A stretch of DNA of 64,000 bases, from contig NC_043010.1 in NCBI RefSeq assembly GCF_006345805.1, forward strand, positions 28,644,001 through 28,708,000. The letters run 5' to 3'. Made by a program: the position numbers and the translations under genes. The first letter of the stretch is position 1; every line of letters begins with the position of its first letter. Under the pieces are notes generated by a model. The model was not told where the DNA came from and made no database searches. It was given only the letters and a program-made list of their open reading frames with translations. Shown here piece after piece: positions 39,800-52,749 of the stretch. Source of the DNA: Octopus sinensis (lineage: Eukaryota).

Positions 39800-40500
39800 C
39801 TGGAATTTGTTGGAAATAATCCTCCAGGACCCGTTTGAATGTTAAAAGAGTTTTTTTTTCTGAGTGTCTTAACATGATATTAAAGTAAGCAGGTCCAGTT
39901 GAGGTGAAATAGTTGTCTTAGTACTTCAGTGTAACACGAACTTGATTTTTGTTGAGAACATATAGCATGAGTACCAAGCCTTAGTTGAATTTTAAAGTTG
40001 ATGCCAACATCGTTTGGGCAGAACTATAGAAATATTTTTCACATCATACAAATGATATAATGCACATGGCAACATTGTGGGGAATAAAGTTTGAGTTTCT
40101 TGAGATGATCCCAACAATCAATACATGTCATGCCATCTATTTTCCTTGTGATTGATCTCTGGGGTGCTTCTATTTTTATATTCTGTTTCGGGTAGGGTGA
40201 CCACAGTATTCAAGGTGAGGACAGGCGAAGGTGGAGAAGAGAAAGATAATGTTAGGAGCATCTCTTGACCGAAAAGTCCTCAGGGTCCAGGAGCACACCA
40301 TGTCAACTTTGTTCTTTATGTGGGTGCTGCGGTTTAAGTTGTCGACAGCTACTCTGAGGTCTCTAGTGGTGTTTGATACCATGAGGTTTTTGCCTGAGGG
40401 AAGAGTGTATCGTAACTTAAGTGCAACCTCTTTACCGAAGTGGATTAATTCAAATTTATTCTTGTTTAGCTGCATATTGTTTTTCTGCCTATCATATATA
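39800..40500 (-). mobile_element. CR1-group LINE RT C-terminal remnant
   Basis: NNMQLNKNKFELIHFG...RDLRVAVD...WTLRTFRSRD...PHLEYC. Confidence 0.8.
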
Positions 40501-41881
40501 AGATTTGGAAGAACACACACTCACATACAAAGAAAGAAAATGAACTCAATACATGAGTGACTTGAATGTTGAGAATTTTGTGTGTGGCAATTATCGATAA
40601 GGACAGGTCCTTGCATCACTTTCGTAACTTTCTGTTCATTTTAAATGAAAGGATGTATGTGTGTGTGTGTGCGCTTGCGTGTTTATACAAAAGTGTGTGT
40701 GTGTATATAACACATACATATGTATCTATGTACATATATAGAAGTATACACAAACACACATATATAATTCTAAAAGATCGTTATCAGTATTTACTTCATA
40801 TCAGATATTAGCTTCCTATGTAATTTTTATGCGAATAAAAATTTAAATAGAACACAAAATATACAATAATGATGTTGATTGACTTTTGTATAACCTATTA
40901 GTTTGATGAGTCACTTTGAAACTAAGCCCTTTTGATAACAACTGATTGATTACATTAAGCAGAGGACATAACAGTATCCTGAGCATGATTATGGCACTTT
41001 GATTTCAATAACAATAACTGTTTCATATTATCCGTATCTTATACACACAGACACACACACACATATATATAATTGCATTCTCAATATATCAAAATTAATT
41101 AATAACTCATAATAATGGTGATGATAACTTGTTTGTAACTAAAATAGAATAATCTATTGAAACAACACAGTAATTTCAATACTGAAACTTTAGCATTGCC
41201 TAAAACAGATGTGTGTGTGTGTGGATGGTGTGTCTGTTTCTAAATTACATTCTGTAGTTACGATTTCTTTTTTCTCATTAGATGGCGGAAAAGATGAGAC
41301 TTACATTTGATCCTTCTACAGCATATATGTTTAGGGCATCAAAAGTTTTGGGAGTTTGTTTCTGTCATATATTTTCTAGACTGAAAGGGTTATATATATA
41401 TATATATACTTCTGTATGTGTATTTAGAGTGACTTTTTTGTGTGACTGAATGAAAAACCAATTTGCAAAGTAAAAAAAGAGGGAGAGTCTAAATAAAGAA
41501 AGCAGCTTCAATAGTTGAAAACAAACATACACACACATGCCCTATTTCCTACACACATGTGCACGTAATTACGCACATATATAATACACACAAACGTGTA
41601 TATGTATGGTGACTGGAGACAAGTGGTGTGAGAACTGCTTTATTTTGTTGTTTGTGTTTTTAGTGTATCTTTGATTGGGTCCATACGGCCATCATCAATA
41701 TATAAACTAATATATATTCCACACATTTGTTAATCATATATGAATGCATGCTTACCAACCATCTGCATTTATATATTCTACCTGGGTGTTTATATATTAT
41801 ATACACACACACATTCAAATTATTTATGTAATATATATATTTATATGCAGTTAAGTACATATCACATCATAGTCACCTATA

Positions 41882-41927
<46 letters not shown>

Positions 41928-42084
41928 TACACACACACACATACAGGTGTGTATATATATATATGTGAATATATATATATATATATGTATATACATGTGC
42001 GTATATATAAATATATATATATAATATATATGTATAGATATGCATAGATATATATATATGTACACACACACACACACATACATT

Positions 42085-42270
42085 CTTTTATTTTTTTAAT
42101 TGATTCAGTCACTTTACTGTGGCCATGCTGGAGCACTGCCTTTAGGCAAATAGTTCGACCCCAGGACTTATTCTATTGGTCGCTTTTGGTGAACCACTAA
42201 GTTATGGGGACATAAACACACCAGCATCGGTTGTCAAGCAATGGTGGGGAGGGGTCGAATTCAGGCACAC
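42085..42270 (-). mobile_element. SINE family B 3' half
   Basis: ttcagtca..actgtggccatgctggagcac...acaccagcatcggttgtcaagc. Confidence 0.8.
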
Positions 42271-42410
42271 ACACACATATGTATATACTCCTGTGCTTAT
42301 ATATATTAATGGTAATGGTAAGACAACAAAAGAATAAATGAGACTTCGATATTATGTAAATAGAGGAATTTATTTGTCATATAATATGTGGCAATTATTC
42401 GGCTGCCATA

Positions 42411-42469
42411 ATAAGACTTTGAGTTTTGGATGTCAGTGCGGAAAACTGCTCTGGCATCTCATCAGTTAT
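42411..42469 (-). ncRNA. Decayed type I hammerhead motif in a (TA)n-inserted element (~42303-42560)
   Basis: Minus: ataa CTGATGA gatgccag..ctgacatc c AAAA ctcaaaG TC ttat. GAAA reads AAAA at a CpG position; GUC triplet retained. Confidence 0.6.
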
Positions 42470-42652
42470 AGAGGCAATCAAAAAATGCTATGAAAATGAC
42501 CATTGAACAAAGGAAAATTACTATGTAATTGATTGTTGACAAAAGAGCTGTTGCACATATGGGTATGTCACCTGTGTGTGTGTGTAGTTGTGCATGTGTG
42601 CAGATTTATATATACGTGTACATGTATATATATATATATATACATGTATATA

Positions 42653-42930
42653 TCATCGTCGTTTAATGTCCGTTTTCCATGATGGCATGGGTTTGATGGT
42701 TTGAGTGAGGGCTGGCAAGCCAGAAGGCTGCACCAGGGTCCAGTCTGCTCTGGCAACATTTCTATAGCTGGATGCCCTTCTTAACACCAACCACTCTGAT
42801 AGTGTAGTGGGTGGTCTTACGTGCCACCGGCACGAGGACTAGAATGGTGGTACTTGCATTGCCCACACTCAAAAGTGTGCTTTGTAAGTGCCACCGGCAC
42901 AGGGGCGAGTCAGCCGGCACAAGCAACTCT
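42653..42930 (-). mobile_element. RTE LINE 3' UTR
   Basis: Reverse complement of the shared UTR with tail atcatcgtcgtttaatgtccg. Confidence 0.8.
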
Positions 42931-43491
42931 CGAGATGCTTACACACATATAAATGTACTTTCACACAATGCAGTGGGAATGAATTTTGAGTAATCTTTAA
43001 TTTAATTTACTCTAAGGTATGGCTGACTTAAGTTTACTTTTAACCTCCCCATTCTTATAAACACCAAGTAGATGGCTAACTTGCTTTTTAATCATAAGTG
43101 CACCAAACCTCGTGTGCATCCACTCACATTTTTGCAAATGTTTGTATGAATGAGTGTACACGTGCCATGCAGCTTGCCTAAGGGTGTTTATACATCCATA
43201 TCTGTTAACGGTTATTTTTAATACTTTTCTTGCCGGATTGCATGTTCGTTTCTCGTTTTGCCATCTGTGACTTCATTTTTGATCTTCTATATAAATGAAG
43301 ATATTTCCTCCATCTGGCTTGTTTTCTTTCTACAAAACAGAAAGTTGCATTGCGAAACAGTCATTTTAACGAGTTGTACTTATTTTATCACTTGACAATA
43401 ACCAGTTGTTGAGTGTTCCACACATGAGGAATCGATGCTAGATGTGTCGAAGCAATTGTGATTACTAATAAATTCTTGTATATTCCATCTT

Positions 43492-43531
<40 letters not shown>

Positions 43532-43613
43532 GTGTGTGTGTATGTATGTATATATATATACACATGTATGTGTGTGTGTGTGTGTATGTATACACACACA
43601 CACATGTATACAT

Positions 43614-43716
43614 AAAATTCAAGCTGTAATTACTGCTAAAGGTGGTCCTACTCCATATTAAAATAAATTTGTTTTGAAATTTTAAGGTACTTCCATTATT
43701 TTGTCCAACCCCTGTA
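43614..43716 (+). mobile_element. Tc1 transposon 3' fragment
   Basis: KIQAVITAKGGPTPY* (typical Tc1 C-terminus) followed by TIR ttccattattttgtccaacccctgTA. Confidence 0.85.
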
Positions 43717-43820
43717 GGTATTTATATATATATATATATATATAATATATATATATATAATATATATATATATATATACACACACATGCATGTATATATA
43801 AACATATGTGTGTGTGAGTG

Positions 43821-43865
<45 letters not shown>

Positions 43866-43885
43866 TCGCACATATATATAATAAT

Positions 43886-43929
<44 letters not shown>

Positions 43930-44258
43930 TATTATTAATAGTTAGGGGATGTAATAATTCCAAGCTAACAGGGGAAAAAATTTCAATTTAGCACACTAAA
44001 TCAAAATTCACAATATATATATTATATTATATTAAATTAGAGATAAAACCACTATTAGGCAAATCAATATATATATATATATATATAATTTAGAGACAAA
44101 CCGCTATTTAGTTATTCCATTAAAAGTGAAAAGATATTACCTATAATAACCACATAGAAATTAATTAAATATCTTATAATTATCATGCTAAAAACCTAAT
44201 AACAAATCAAGCATTAGGTTGACTACACGCGTTTCATGACTAAATATATAAATCGATA

Positions 44259-44440
44259 CTCTTTTACTTGTTTCAGTCATTTGACTGCGGCCATGCTGGA
44301 GCACCGCCTTTAGTCGAGCAAATCGACCCCGGGACTTTGTAAGCCTAGTACTTATTCTATCGGTCTCTTTTGCCGAACCGCTAAGTAGGGGGACATAAAC
44401 ACACCAGCATCGGTTGTCAAGCAATGCTAGGGGGACAAAA
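44259..44440 (-). mobile_element. SINE family B 3' half inserted in the Penelope element
   Basis: tcttttacttgtttcagtcatttgactgcggccatgctggagcaccgcc..., CpGs intact. Confidence 0.9.
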
Positions 44441-44774
44441 AGAGTAAAAGATAATAAATTTAATGTGGTTAATGATAATATGAAATATAATAATATAATA
44501 AATAAAAGTCATGTTAACAATAAGAATGAAATTTGATTAATTATTCCTTATGGGGCTCAAGTTAAAAACAAACATTATTAAATAGATATTAAAACTAATT
44601 GAATTATTCATTGTAGATAATAAAAAATATAATATTTTTTCTAATAATAATTTTGGAGTTGGTTATTCTAATACTAATAATGTTGGTAACATTATTTCAT
44701 CTGTTAATAGTTTATTAGAATTAATAGAATTATATAATTCCAATAATACTAATGACCAGAGTTTAATTAATTGT

Positions 44775-45143
44775 ATGTGTAGAGATAAGATGAAATGTGA
44801 ATTTAAAAATAAATGTAACTTGGCTGATGTAGTATATAAATGTGTAGTGGCTCTGATAGATGATAATATTAATAGGAATAGTTATAATATAAATGCGATT
44901 TACGTGGGGTCAACGTCTAATAAAATTAAATTAAGGGTGGCCCAACACATGCATTCATTTAAGAATAAAACATTGATTAATTCTATTGGCCTTAGCAAAT
45001 ATATTTGGGAATTAAAATCTAATTTTAAGTATAATTTAAAATGGGAGATAGTTTGTAAAGTTAAATCTTATAGAATAAGTAATAATTTTGTTTACTATGT
45101 ACAAATGAATTTATGGAGATATTATGATCTAAAAAACAATTGA
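44775..45143 (+). pseudogene. Penelope GIY-YIG endonuclease fragment with Cys-rich linker
   Basis: CMCRDKMKCEFKNKC..DVVYKC...IYVGST..KLRVAQH.HSF...LSKYIWELK..LKWEI; upstream RT absent or decayed. Confidence 0.85.
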
Positions 45144-45769
45144 TTAATTTCCAAGATGAGAGAAAAATTAAATGTAGACATAAGTCGAATTAATTATATA
45201 ATAAGTTTAGATAATTTGTGAATATATATAACTTGATTTATGTTATTAATTTATGTAGTTATATTATGTAGTATTATAATGAGTATAAATTAGTTGTAGG
45301 TTATGTAGTGTATGAACATAATTAGAATAAGTTTAAACCAAGGGATTAATATAAGTAATTGAAGCATATATAGTAATTTATGGACATTTAATTAATTTTA
45401 TATTTTTACATATAATGTTGTAGTTTTAAATTATTGGGAATTTAGAATTTTCCCCCGTAAATGGGAATATATTACGTCACGTTAATTTGATTATTTTTAT
45501 TTTCATTTTATTGTTAAATACATATATCTATTTATTTATTGTATATTTATTGTTTACGTCATGTTTTACGAGATCGGTTTTTTTCTATAATGCTAGATTG
45601 TAAGATTAAAGTTTAAAATTTCTTTTAACTGGTTTTCATAAATAAGATAAGTTATGTTTTTACTTTACGTTAATATTGTTAAATTTTATTGAATTATTTA
45701 CTGTTAATATACATATATTTATATATTTATTGTCTTATTATAATATCTAAATTTATTTATGTTATTTTT

Positions 45770-45886
45770 TTGACCTGAAGAGTGGCTAAATATTTTTTAA
45801 TTGAATTAATATTGAATTAAAATTTTTTTTAATTAAATTTTAATATTATCGATTTATATATTTAGTCATGAAACGTGCGTAGTCAA
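45770..45886 (+). ncRNA. Type I minimal hammerhead ribozyme in the Penelope pLTR
   Basis: ttgac CTGAAGA gtggctaaatat...atatttagtcat GAAA cgtgcG TA gtcaa: 5 bp stem I, 12 bp stem II, GUA triplet. Confidence 0.85.
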
Positions 45887-46032
45887 TTTAAAGTTTGATT
45901 TGTTATTAGATTTTTAGAATAATAATTATAAGATATTTAATTAATTTCTATGTACTTATAGATAATATCTTTTCACTATTGATGGAATAACTAAATAGCG
46001 GTTTGTCTCTAAATTATATATATATATATATA

Positions 46033-46887
46033 TCAAATCAAATCAAAACAAATCAAAATAGATGAACATTAATGGAATTGTATCTTTGTGGTACCAGTGC
46101 CGGTGGCACACAAGAAAACCATCCGAACGTGGCCGTAGCCAGTACCGCACCAACTGGCCTCCGTGCTGTGGGCACGTAACAAACACCATCCGATCGTGGC
46201 CGTTCGCCAGCCTCATCTGGCACCTGTGTCGGTGGCACATAAAAACACCATCCGAAGACCCGGCAAGACTAGTCAGGCCATAACCTGTGGCCCCTACCTG
46301 GGACGTAGTCAGTCCACCTGTGCATACCTTCCTTCTTGTGACACTTGTGAAGACCTGTTGAGGCAAGTGAAAATCAAAAATCAAAACAAATCAAAATAGA
46401 TGAACATCAATGGAATTTGTATTTTTGTGGTACCAGTGCCGGTGGCACACAAGAAAACCATCCGAACGTGACCGTAGCCAGTACCGCATCGACTGGCCTC
46501 CGTGCTGTGGGCACGTAACAAACACCATCCGATCGTGGCCGTTTGCCAGCCTCATCTGGCACCTGTGTCGGTGGCACATAAAAACACCATTCGAGCGTGG
46601 CCGTCTGCCAGCCTCGTCTGGCACCTGTGTCGGTGGCACATAAAAAACACCTTCCGAGCGTGGCCGTTTGCCAGCCTCGTCTGGCACCTGTGTCGGTGGC
46701 ACATAAAATCACCCACTACACTCTCGGAGTGGTTGGCGTTAGGAAGGGCATCCAGCTGTAGAAACACTGCCAGATCTGACTGGACTGGTGCAGCTTTCGG
46801 GCTCCCCAGACCCCAGTTGAACTGTCCAACCCATGCTAGCATGGAAAGCGGACGTTAAATGATGATGATGATGATGATGATGATGAT
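46033..46887 (+). mobile_element. Young RTE LINE 3' UTR with ~347 bp duplication and ~61 bp internal repeats
   Basis: aaatcaaaacaaatcaaaatagatgaacat occurs twice; repeated cacctgtgtcggtggcacataaaaacacc; long (GAT)n tail. Confidence 0.9.
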
Positions 46888-46908
46888 ATATATATATATA
46901 TATATATA

Positions 46909-48421
46909 CTAGCAGAGATACCTGGTGTTGCTTGGGATTAAAATGACATCATTACAATTATGTTGAAACAGGTCATATAGGAAAGTGCAGCATTGAGAAC
47001 AAAACATTTGTGGAGTAAATGATGGGCTAATTTGACTAAGTGACATGCTATGTGGTTGTTCATTTGTGGTTTACAGAGAACTAATGAGGTGTTTGACTTG
47101 CTCTTGAACTTTGAAGTCAGCGTAAATTCATGTTTAACTATCTTAGGTCCAGTAAGCGATGTCATCATTTGAAATGCAGAGTTGTATTGTCTGATATTGT
47201 TTGGAAAATCCTTTGACTGGATGGAAGGGCCTTGTAGAAGTTCCATAAGAGGCTGAGGAGGAGCTGATAGTGCTGGCAATCTTACCTGATCAAGTGAGCA
47301 GCACATGCCATTTGTTTCATTTGAAAATTTTAAAGTGAAACAAACAAAATGAAACATTGTTATGAATCGATTAGGCTGGTATTTGTAGCACGTCCTGCTA
47401 CCCTGAACAGGTATTTGTGATAAAGGACTTGCCGTTATTGCAAATAGCTGTTACATGGTAGCAGCGCGTGGTAGAAATAGCAGCCAGATCTTTCAACTTC
47501 TGTAGAAAGGAGCCGTTTATGTGATGGAGAACCTCGGACTTTCAGGATGAAATCCAAGGTTCCCCTCTACAACCCTCCCTTTGTTTCTGAAGAGAAATAG
47601 GAGGCTTGAGGTATATTAGGAGTTCAGGGTACTCCCATGCAAAAAATTACTTTTTTTACCCTTAGTGAAATGTGTGTGGGTGCATTTATCAAAATTTATC
47701 CAGTTTATGAATGAAAGAGGTTACGTACGGAATTCAGCAGAATGAATGAGTGGGTTTTACTTGACCAGTATTGCTATGTAACATCGTTGTCATCAATTAT
47801 AATGGTTGTTGAAATGAATCAATCTGAATGACTCCATAAAACAAGATGAGTGGTGTTAGATTCTGTCCAGTTGGACAGAAGTTGTTGAATGGGAAACAGA
47901 TGTACACCTTACTGGGGGTTCAGGAATGAACGATGGAAGCATAATATTAAATATTAATGTAAGGGTTAATAGATTATAGATGAAGCAGAAACGCATCAAT
48001 CAAACATGGCAAAACTATTCATTAAATGTAACAAAGTGTCAGCTTATATTGTTCAATGACAGAACAATGAAGTTATTTACTTGGAGGAAAATTTGTGAAT
48101 CTGTTTTGAATCACAAACAAAATGAATGTTAATTTAAGAATGATACGCTGTTATCGCAAATAGCTGTTATGTGGTAGCAAGGCATGGTAGAAATAGCTTC
48201 CAAATCTTTTATTTTCTATCGAAAAGAGCTGTTTACGCATCATTTTGATGTCATGTTAATATGAAAGTGAAACATTGTTATGAACCAGAAGAATAAAAGT
48301 GAAACATAGATATTATTCTTTCATTTTTGACATGTAATAGCGAACCAGTGTAAAGAATTGCTTTGGGCCGCATTAGGCAAGAAGTTGAAAACTTTTTTGG
48401 CCCATGACACTTACAAGATCC
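46909..48421 (-). mobile_element. Helitron remnant carrying a RepHel N-terminal fragment
   Basis: Minus ORF 46938-47357 CFTLKFSNETNGMCC..VRLPAL..PPQPLMELLQG...NIRQYNSAFQM.TS matches the RepHel N-terminus. Minus 3' end cccaagcaacaccagg..tgCTAG|T. Confidence 0.88.
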
Positions 48422-48721
48422 TCTTTAACTACTGCTAGTCATTTCTTCTTTAGACACCCTTTCTTTCTGGGACCCTGCTAAGAGGACTGGAGACATTTGT
48501 GTGGAAGTCAGTGAGGATCTAGCTTGATCACATGCTCAAGCCACTTCATGCACCTGCTGGTCCATAACTAACTTAGTGTGCATGAGATCCCAGATATTTA
48601 GCTCCTTGGCTACCACTTCTTGGTCAAACTGTTCAACCCATGCCAACATGGAAAATGGATGTTAAATGATGATGAAGAAAGATAGAATAAGTTCACAACC
48701 AGTATTATTTTGATGCTTTAT

Positions 48722-48950
48722 TTAACCCTCTAGCAGTCATATTAATCTGTCAAATATAATGGATATTTATTTACTTTGTCTTGAATGAATCATACATTAT
48801 CTTGTAGCTTTGAGAGTTCAATAATACATTTGTTTCCTTTTTAAATGACATTGCAGAGTAGTTGTGAGATGTCTGATCTGGTCAGTTAGAAAACAAAATA
48901 AGCAGAATATTTTGGGCCTGATGTGGCCAGTTTGAATAGTAAAGGGTTAA
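48722..48950. mobile_element. piggyBac-type MITE
   Basis: TTAAccctctagca...tagtaaagggTTAA; same family as 13519. Confidence 0.75.
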
Positions 48951-49377
48951 GCAAAAGACTTAATGACTATAATGCATTATTCTTTGGAAGTTAGAAGAAG
49001 GGGAGGAATTGACCAGAAGAGACTGGAAAAAAAAAGGGGGTAAGAAAAGAAGTGAGACAAAATTTAAGTGACAGAAGCCACATGGTTATTGGTTTGCATG
49101 TTTGCTTGCTAACCACGTGGTTTTGAGTTCAGTCCCACTTTGGGCAAGTGTCTTCTACTATAGCCCCAGGCCAACCAATGACTGTATGAATATAAAACTC
49201 ATAAATTATATGCTTACATGTGTATGTAAACATAATGATTTCAAATTTTGGCACAAGGCCAGCAGTTTTGGGGAGTGGATAAGTTGATTACATCAACCCC
49301 AGTGATTAACTGGAACTTATGTTCTTGATCCTAAAAAGATGAAAGGCAGAGTGTGTGTATATATATATATATATATA

Positions 49378-49742
49378 CTAGCAGTATCGCCGAGTGCTCG
49401 GTTGTAAGGGAAATAACTATAAAGCATTTTAGAGAGTTATAGCCAAAAAATGGAAAAAAATGATGTAAATTTTTTTTTTTAGTTAAAAGGTCGAGTTGCG
49501 TCCCCTAGACAGTCTGTGGTTTGTGTTTCTGATTCTCGACCCCATGTCGATTTATCGATTTTTTCAGAACTGGGGGAACTTTTCAAAATTTTCGCTGCGT
49601 TAGTTTTGAATTATGACATTGGGCTATGTGTATGTCAAGTTTCATCAGAATCGGTTGAAAGCCGTGGTCAGGGTGAGGGTACAACCTAACAGACACACAG
49701 AAACACACACAGACAAACTGCCGTTTATATATAGAGAGAAGA
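49378..49742 (-). mobile_element. Non-autonomous Helitron
   Basis: Minus: A|TCttctctctatatataaacggcag plus microsatellite; 3' hairpin ccgagcactcgg then atactgCTAG|T. Confidence 0.85.
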
Positions 49743-52189
49743 TATACATGCATACACACACACACAATGAACACAAAAAACCATGGTAGATAGTCAATAA
49801 CTACAAAAGCTCAAAACAAAAGAAATTTTTGTATTTTCTGGTCTGGTCATATTGTTGAAATATCTTGTTTTAATGGTATCTATTGAAGGTCATTATGTTT
49901 ACGGATCTAATTTGCTTTGTACCCCTATTTACCATAGAATGTTATCTGAGAATGTTGGGTGGATTGTAGAGGAATATGTAACAGTTACAATATTAGTCTT
50001 GATAAAATTGATTGTCACTTCCCATCTTCTCCCAATGGAACTATTTTGTGTCTTGGTAACAGAAATTGATTTCAAATACTCTGCTGTAACTGTTTGTTAA
50101 TTAGCTAAATGCTTTTAACCATCACCACCACCATCATTGTATTTTTGAGTGTTTACACTGAAATTCTATATGCAGACTTCAATTTCTTGGTACCTTCTTA
50201 AATGTGCTTCTTGTGTATGTATTTATGAGAGTATATACATATATGTATTTATGTGTATATGTATGTATATATTATATGCATGTATGTATGTATGTATATA
50301 TATCAAGATTAATCAGCCGAAATTGCGAGGATGATCCAGTTCTTAACTGAAGATAAAAGGCTTCGAATGACCTGTCCGTGTTTTTTTTGTATCATCTATC
50401 TGGATGTTTTGTTGTCCCATTTTGTATTTTATTTTATATGTATATATATGCCTGCATATATGTATATGTGTGATTCAGAAGTATCAGGCGCTCTGCATAA
50501 TTTTTTATTTTGTTACAACTTTGTTTTTGTATGCTTTTTGTATCTTTTGTTAATATCTTTATTACACACACACACATTTTAGAAAAATATTATTAGCCAA
50601 AGATGAGAGAATAATTGGCTCCAAAATGGCACAATCCATGTAGCCTCATTTATCACCAATTCATTAATCACTGATCTGGGATAACATGGTACAGATGCTC
50701 AATTGGGTTGTGAACCATGTTACACTTATAGAGTGATCTGTAATAACACAGGTTGGCAATCAGTTAACATTTCAGCTTGGACTGTAAAAGTGTGTTACAC
50801 TGACTGTCACAGTGCCCTGCTACCCAGAATGTACTGACTATTGCTTGTATGTGCATGACTAGTGTGAGACTGCATTTTTTTTTATTTATATAGATTTACA
50901 TACTCATAACCTATTAACATGTGTGCCAGTGAACAGAAAATATACAAAGGCACCTGATCCTAAATAATTATGCAGATGATGATCCAGAAAATACATGTGA
51001 ATGGAAGCTGTTCTGCTGTGGGTTGAGTTTGGTGTCAATCAGTGTACCTTTCATTCCATTTACAAAATACATAGAGATGATTCATATATCACTGTTATTT
51101 TTTGGAACCAAATCCCCATGATAAATAGAGGATAGATGTATAACAGTAATCCTGTTCAGTTATTTGTACATAGCTAGTTAAAGTATTCAGTGCAGTCCAG
51201 GAGATAAGCTGTATAAATTGCAGGGCAGTGGACCCAGGAAAACCCGAGTTGTGGCGTTTGATGAAGGGTGGACTAAGGTTGGGGTGTTTAGTGAATGGTG
51301 TGAGTAAAGGGTGTGGTGAGGAGGTGGGAAAGTGAGAGAGAGGGAAATGAGACAACATTAGAAAGCTCAACTAGAATTCTTAAGGGACTTTTGAAGTGCC
51401 ACGTATATTTATGTGTATATAGATAGATAGATAGATACATATATATGTATATTTTTCTTGCCTGGAAAATGGTAAATGGTGAAGTTTGGTGAGAGAAAGT
51501 ACAACTAGCCATAGAAAATTTGCCTCCATGAATTTTGCAAGACATTCATAGGAAACTATAAGTGAAAAAATATGAAAATCTCTATAGTGTCTAGTGTTAG
51601 GGTTGGCGTCATAATGAGTATCCAGCCATAAAACATTGCTTATAAATATCCAATCCATCCTATTACAGTATGTAAATTCCTACATGAAGTCATTGACAAA
51701 GATATTGATATATTTGTATATCATCATCATTACTTTGTCTCCTTTCCATACTGGTATTTGTTAGATTATAACAGCCTAAGTTAATCGTTATTTAGTGTTC
51801 CTACCTTCAAAGAAGTTTGCAGGCTCATGTCTTGACTGTACATCCAGTTTTTGGCATGGTTACTATGGTTAGAGACTCTTTCTCTCACCAACCACTTCAC
51901 AGAGTGTTTTTATCATGGCACCAGCACTTAAAAGGTTGTCAAGTCCTCAACAGAGACAAAACTTTCTCCTACTCATTCTTACTCTAGCTACTGTGCTTTT
52001 GGAACACTCATCTCCATTGCTAATTATGCTACATAGGTAACAGAAGTTATTAACTAGGGATCTTGGTCTTTATACTTATTGCCCCTGTGAATATATCATG
52101 TCTTTTAACCTCTGTTAGCATGTCTGTGATCTCACATTTTTATGTGATCCTAGTTTATCCTGGGACACCATTTGAAATTGCTACCTATA

Positions 52190-52535
52190 CTATTTTACTT
52201 GTTTCAGTCATTTGACTGTGGCCATGCTGGAGCACCACTTTTAGTTGAGCAAATCGACCCCAGGACTTATTCTTTGTAAGCCTAGTACTTATTCTATCGG
52301 TCGCTTTTGCCGAACTGCTAAGTTACAGCAACGTAAACACACCAGCATCGGTTGTCAAGCGATGTTGGGGGCGACAAACACAGACACATATATATATATA
52401 TACATATATACAACGGGCTTCTTTCAGTTTCCGCCTACCAAATCCACTCTCAAGGCTTTGGTTGACCCGAGGCTATAGTAGAAGACACTTGCCCAAGGTG
52501 CCACGCAGTGGGACTGAACCCGGAACCATGTGGTT
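52190..52535 (-). mobile_element. SINE family B, 5'-truncated, well preserved
   Basis: Tail, internal microsatellite, core and B-box region present. Confidence 0.9.
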
Positions 52536-52749
52536 ATTCCTTTTCTGCATATTGAATTCACCTATTTTCCAGATGATATTGTAGTCACATTTTTTTATTT
52601 TTTATTTCTTACTCAAACTTAAGCCTTTGCTTGGTTTACTTTGAGGTTTCTCGATTCTAAGCTTTGTTTCCATGTCTAGAATTTCTTCTTCAAATACTGT
52701 TCAGGTTTGTATCAAGATGGTGTACTGTTGATGCTCCCTTCCTAATGAG

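Larger units (their letters stand above)
44085..46020 (+). mobile_element. Penelope-like retroelement remnant: GIY-YIG endonuclease and inverted pseudo-LTR
   Basis: 44085-44258 is an inverted copy of 45847-46020, both ends in (TA)n; internal GIY-YIG ORF; HHR in the 3' pLTR. Confidence 0.9.

Noticed and set aside
46500-46720. CRISPR-like regularly spaced repeats
   Set aside because: Whole ~61 bp units repeat with no unique spacers, there are no cas genes, and they sit in a eukaryotic LINE UTR.
50303-50435. HHR in another TA-flanked short element (CTGAAGA at ~50348)
   Set aside because: No convincing stem II or GAAA/stem I pairing in this copy; a family consensus would be needed.
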